Positions 61,512 through 64,000 of a stretch of 64,000 bases of DNA are shown here, one piece after another. Source of the DNA: Podarcis pityusensis (taxonomy: Eukaryota); NCBI GenBank assembly GCA_964106645.2, contig OZ078259.1; one strand, given 5' to 3'. Each line of letters starts with the position of its first letter. Position 1 is the stretch's first letter. A program made the position numbers and the translations under genes. Below the pieces are notes generated by a model. It ran no database searches and had not been told where the DNA came from. It worked only from the letters and a program-made list of their open reading frames with translations.

Positions 61512-64000
61512 TACAATAAATGCATTTGATAGCTTTTCTATTGCAAGTATGACCAATTGCTATTGTGAGCTGAAGTAGACCTTCTGAGTTTCAGCCCACT
61601 GTGTTTCTCTCAGAGCAGACCCATATCCATAAATTTCAATGGGTCCTCCACTCTGCGTATGGCTAACAGCATATACAACTCACAGTTCTGAAACAAGGAA
61701 ACTGCTAGGCTTCATTTACTAACACCCCAGTCAGTGCCAGATAGGTTCTTAAAGAGTGAATTAATGCAATGAACTGCTGGTGCGATGGGGGTCAAGAAAG
61801 AGTTGGTGCTTAAGCAGCTATCCCTGGGGTGCGAAGACGGTGCTACAAGAATGCCTTCAAATGTGAAACAGTGAAGGATCTGCCCCCTGGTTCCTCTGCC
61901 GGATGTATGAGAACCGCATACCTTCTCTTAACAACCTCCTTGTTACAAAGGAAAGTGTTTTCTTTTACCATCACAACCCACCACCACCAAAAAAAGCAAA
62001 CAGCAGAAAGATTAGTCCATAGGCTTGAGCTGAGAATGTTGAGCAGGCCTACATTTTCTCTCCCATACTTCCCCAGCAACAACTTTCTCTCATTCTTTGC
62101 ATCCTTAAGCATCCTCTAAATATGAACTGGACTCGAAACTAATGAGAACCCAGAGCTAGGGAACAGGGAAATCTGTCCGTTTTGGTTTCTTTCAGTTTCT
62201 CATGCCCTCCCCAAACTTAAACCCAGTTCTCCACCAAGTTCACATCAGTTTATAAGCCTATTTGTTGTTTAAAAAGGCTTTGTGAAAATCCACCAGTATT
62301 TCAGTTTGGGTTTCCCCTAAAATACACATTAATACAAGATTAATGGACTTACATTAGCTATGTGCACTGGGCCTACTTTGTGAAAGACTAGCATTGGACA
62401 CAACCCATGTGATAGATAGATGATAGATAGATGCGCTATCTATCTATTTTTAATAGTAATGCCCTACCTTTCATCAGGGTGCATCTATGCCCTTTCTATT
62501 CAATCATGCTCAAGGCAGCTACATTTGGCCTCAGCTCTGCCCAGTTTTGCTTGTTTTGCAGTAGCCTGTCCTGGCCTACTTTAATTGCTTTTTCTGAGTT
62601 GGATCTGTGGAATGGCAGCATATAAAGTGGCCCCTTCTTCTAAATGGTAACAGCTGTTTGGAGAAGGGCCACAGCTTAGTGAAAGGGCATCTGCTTTGCA
62701 TGCAGAAGGTCCCAGTTCAATCCTTGGCATCTTCAGGTAGGGCTGGGAAAGAACCTTGTCTGAAACCCAGGAAAACTGCTGCAGTCAGTGTAGGCAATGC
62801 TGAGATGGACCAGTGAGCCTATGGTCCTGTGACCATGGAGCAGATGGATCAGGAAGTGGCAGGTTTTCCATCACTGGAAGTTGTTTAAACCAGGCCTGGA
62901 CATTCCTCCTTCAGGGACATGGATTGTGTTCTGCATGGAAGATCTTGACTGAACAGGGAACTTAAGCTAGATGACTTTCAGGGTCAGACTCAATGTGCCA
63001 ATGTTCATTCTGACTATAAATTCATGTACAAAATACATCCACTCACCAACCTAGATTTTTCCTTACCCAGAGATGTGGGCTGAATACACATCATATATTT
63101 AAAGCTCATTATTTTCTGGGAACTATCATTTTGTTAAGGCTGCTGGGACTTGGAGCACTGTGGTGGGGTAAATTTCTGATTCCAGGATTCTCTATGGAAA
63201 GCCATAAGCTTTAAATGTGCAGTTGTCTCCAACTAAGTTCTCAGAGTAGACTCGCTGAAATTAGCGAACATCAGTTAGTCACATCCATCTGTTTCAATGG
63301 GTCTACTCTGAGCACGCCTGACATTGGATACACCTTCACGGTGTGTTTGCAGCAAGGAAGGATCAGATTCTGAAGAATGGCAAATCCAGGAACTCACTCT
63401 AAACAAACATTTTAATATAAGCCATCCATAAAAAGGGGGACAGTAATTTCTTGGAGACCAGGAACCAGGGATTGTCCCTCATAAACAGGGAGAGCTGAAG
63501 CGTGTGATATGTCAACTTCAATACCTGTAGTTATCGAGAATAAAAGACCAGGAGATGGGCCAGGCGTCTCTCTACATTGCAGCATCTGTGTTTGCTCTGG
63601 AGATTTAGCAAATTGGACAGTCCACACCTGTATTTACAGATTTGCCGATAAGCCAAGAACCGTAAGCCAGCCGGTGCACCTTTCACCAAAAACATCAATA
63701 TTGGCTTAGAAGTTTTTTTCCACTGGTTGATTGCACACGCTGAGAACAACCCCATGGAGAAACCTGCATGTGAAATCCAAATGCATACTAAAGCCGCTGT
63801 TATTCCTGCCTCATTTTGTCCAAATAATCACAACTAATCCTGCCTAAAAAAAAGGAAAAAGCTCCTGAAGTATGCAAGAAGGAGGTCATTATTATCTCCA
63901 AAAGGTCTGACCCAGTTTCAGGCATGAAATGTGAACTCAAATTCATGAAATTAGTTATTTAACATGTTCATACAGTCCTTATTGTATTAGTCATCCAGGA

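Overview
Vertebrate genomic DNA from a squamate reptile, most likely a lacertid lizard (inferred from Bov-B, Sauria-SINE/Squam1, Squam2 and Squam3-type repeats). The only protein-coding gene I can support is LMX1B on the minus strand. Six coding exons are present (orthologous exons 3-8: 45002-44770, 43079-42901, 41947-41870, 39662-39596, 35955-35794, 32377-32220), all with GT-AG boundaries and matching phases. They encode LIM domain B, the homeodomain and the C-terminus. Exons 1-2 lie beyond the right edge, so 45003-64000 is part of the long intron 2. The rest is a probable very long 3' UTR, candidate enhancers, and dense repeats: L1, CR1, L2, RTE and Bov-B fragments, tRNA-derived SINEs, and many hAT and Tc1/mariner MITEs, several with clear target-site duplications (TSDs). 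I see no convincing new protein-coding system. The most unusual signals are: (i) hAT-like terminal repeats enclosing non-transposon-looking cargo, including a CpG-rich promoter/first-exon-like block antisense inside intron 5; (ii) a putative ~10 kb 3' UTR with several miR-135 seed matches; (iii) a fold-back plus microsatellite structure at an L1 junction. Repeat family names come from recalled consensus sequences, not from a search.
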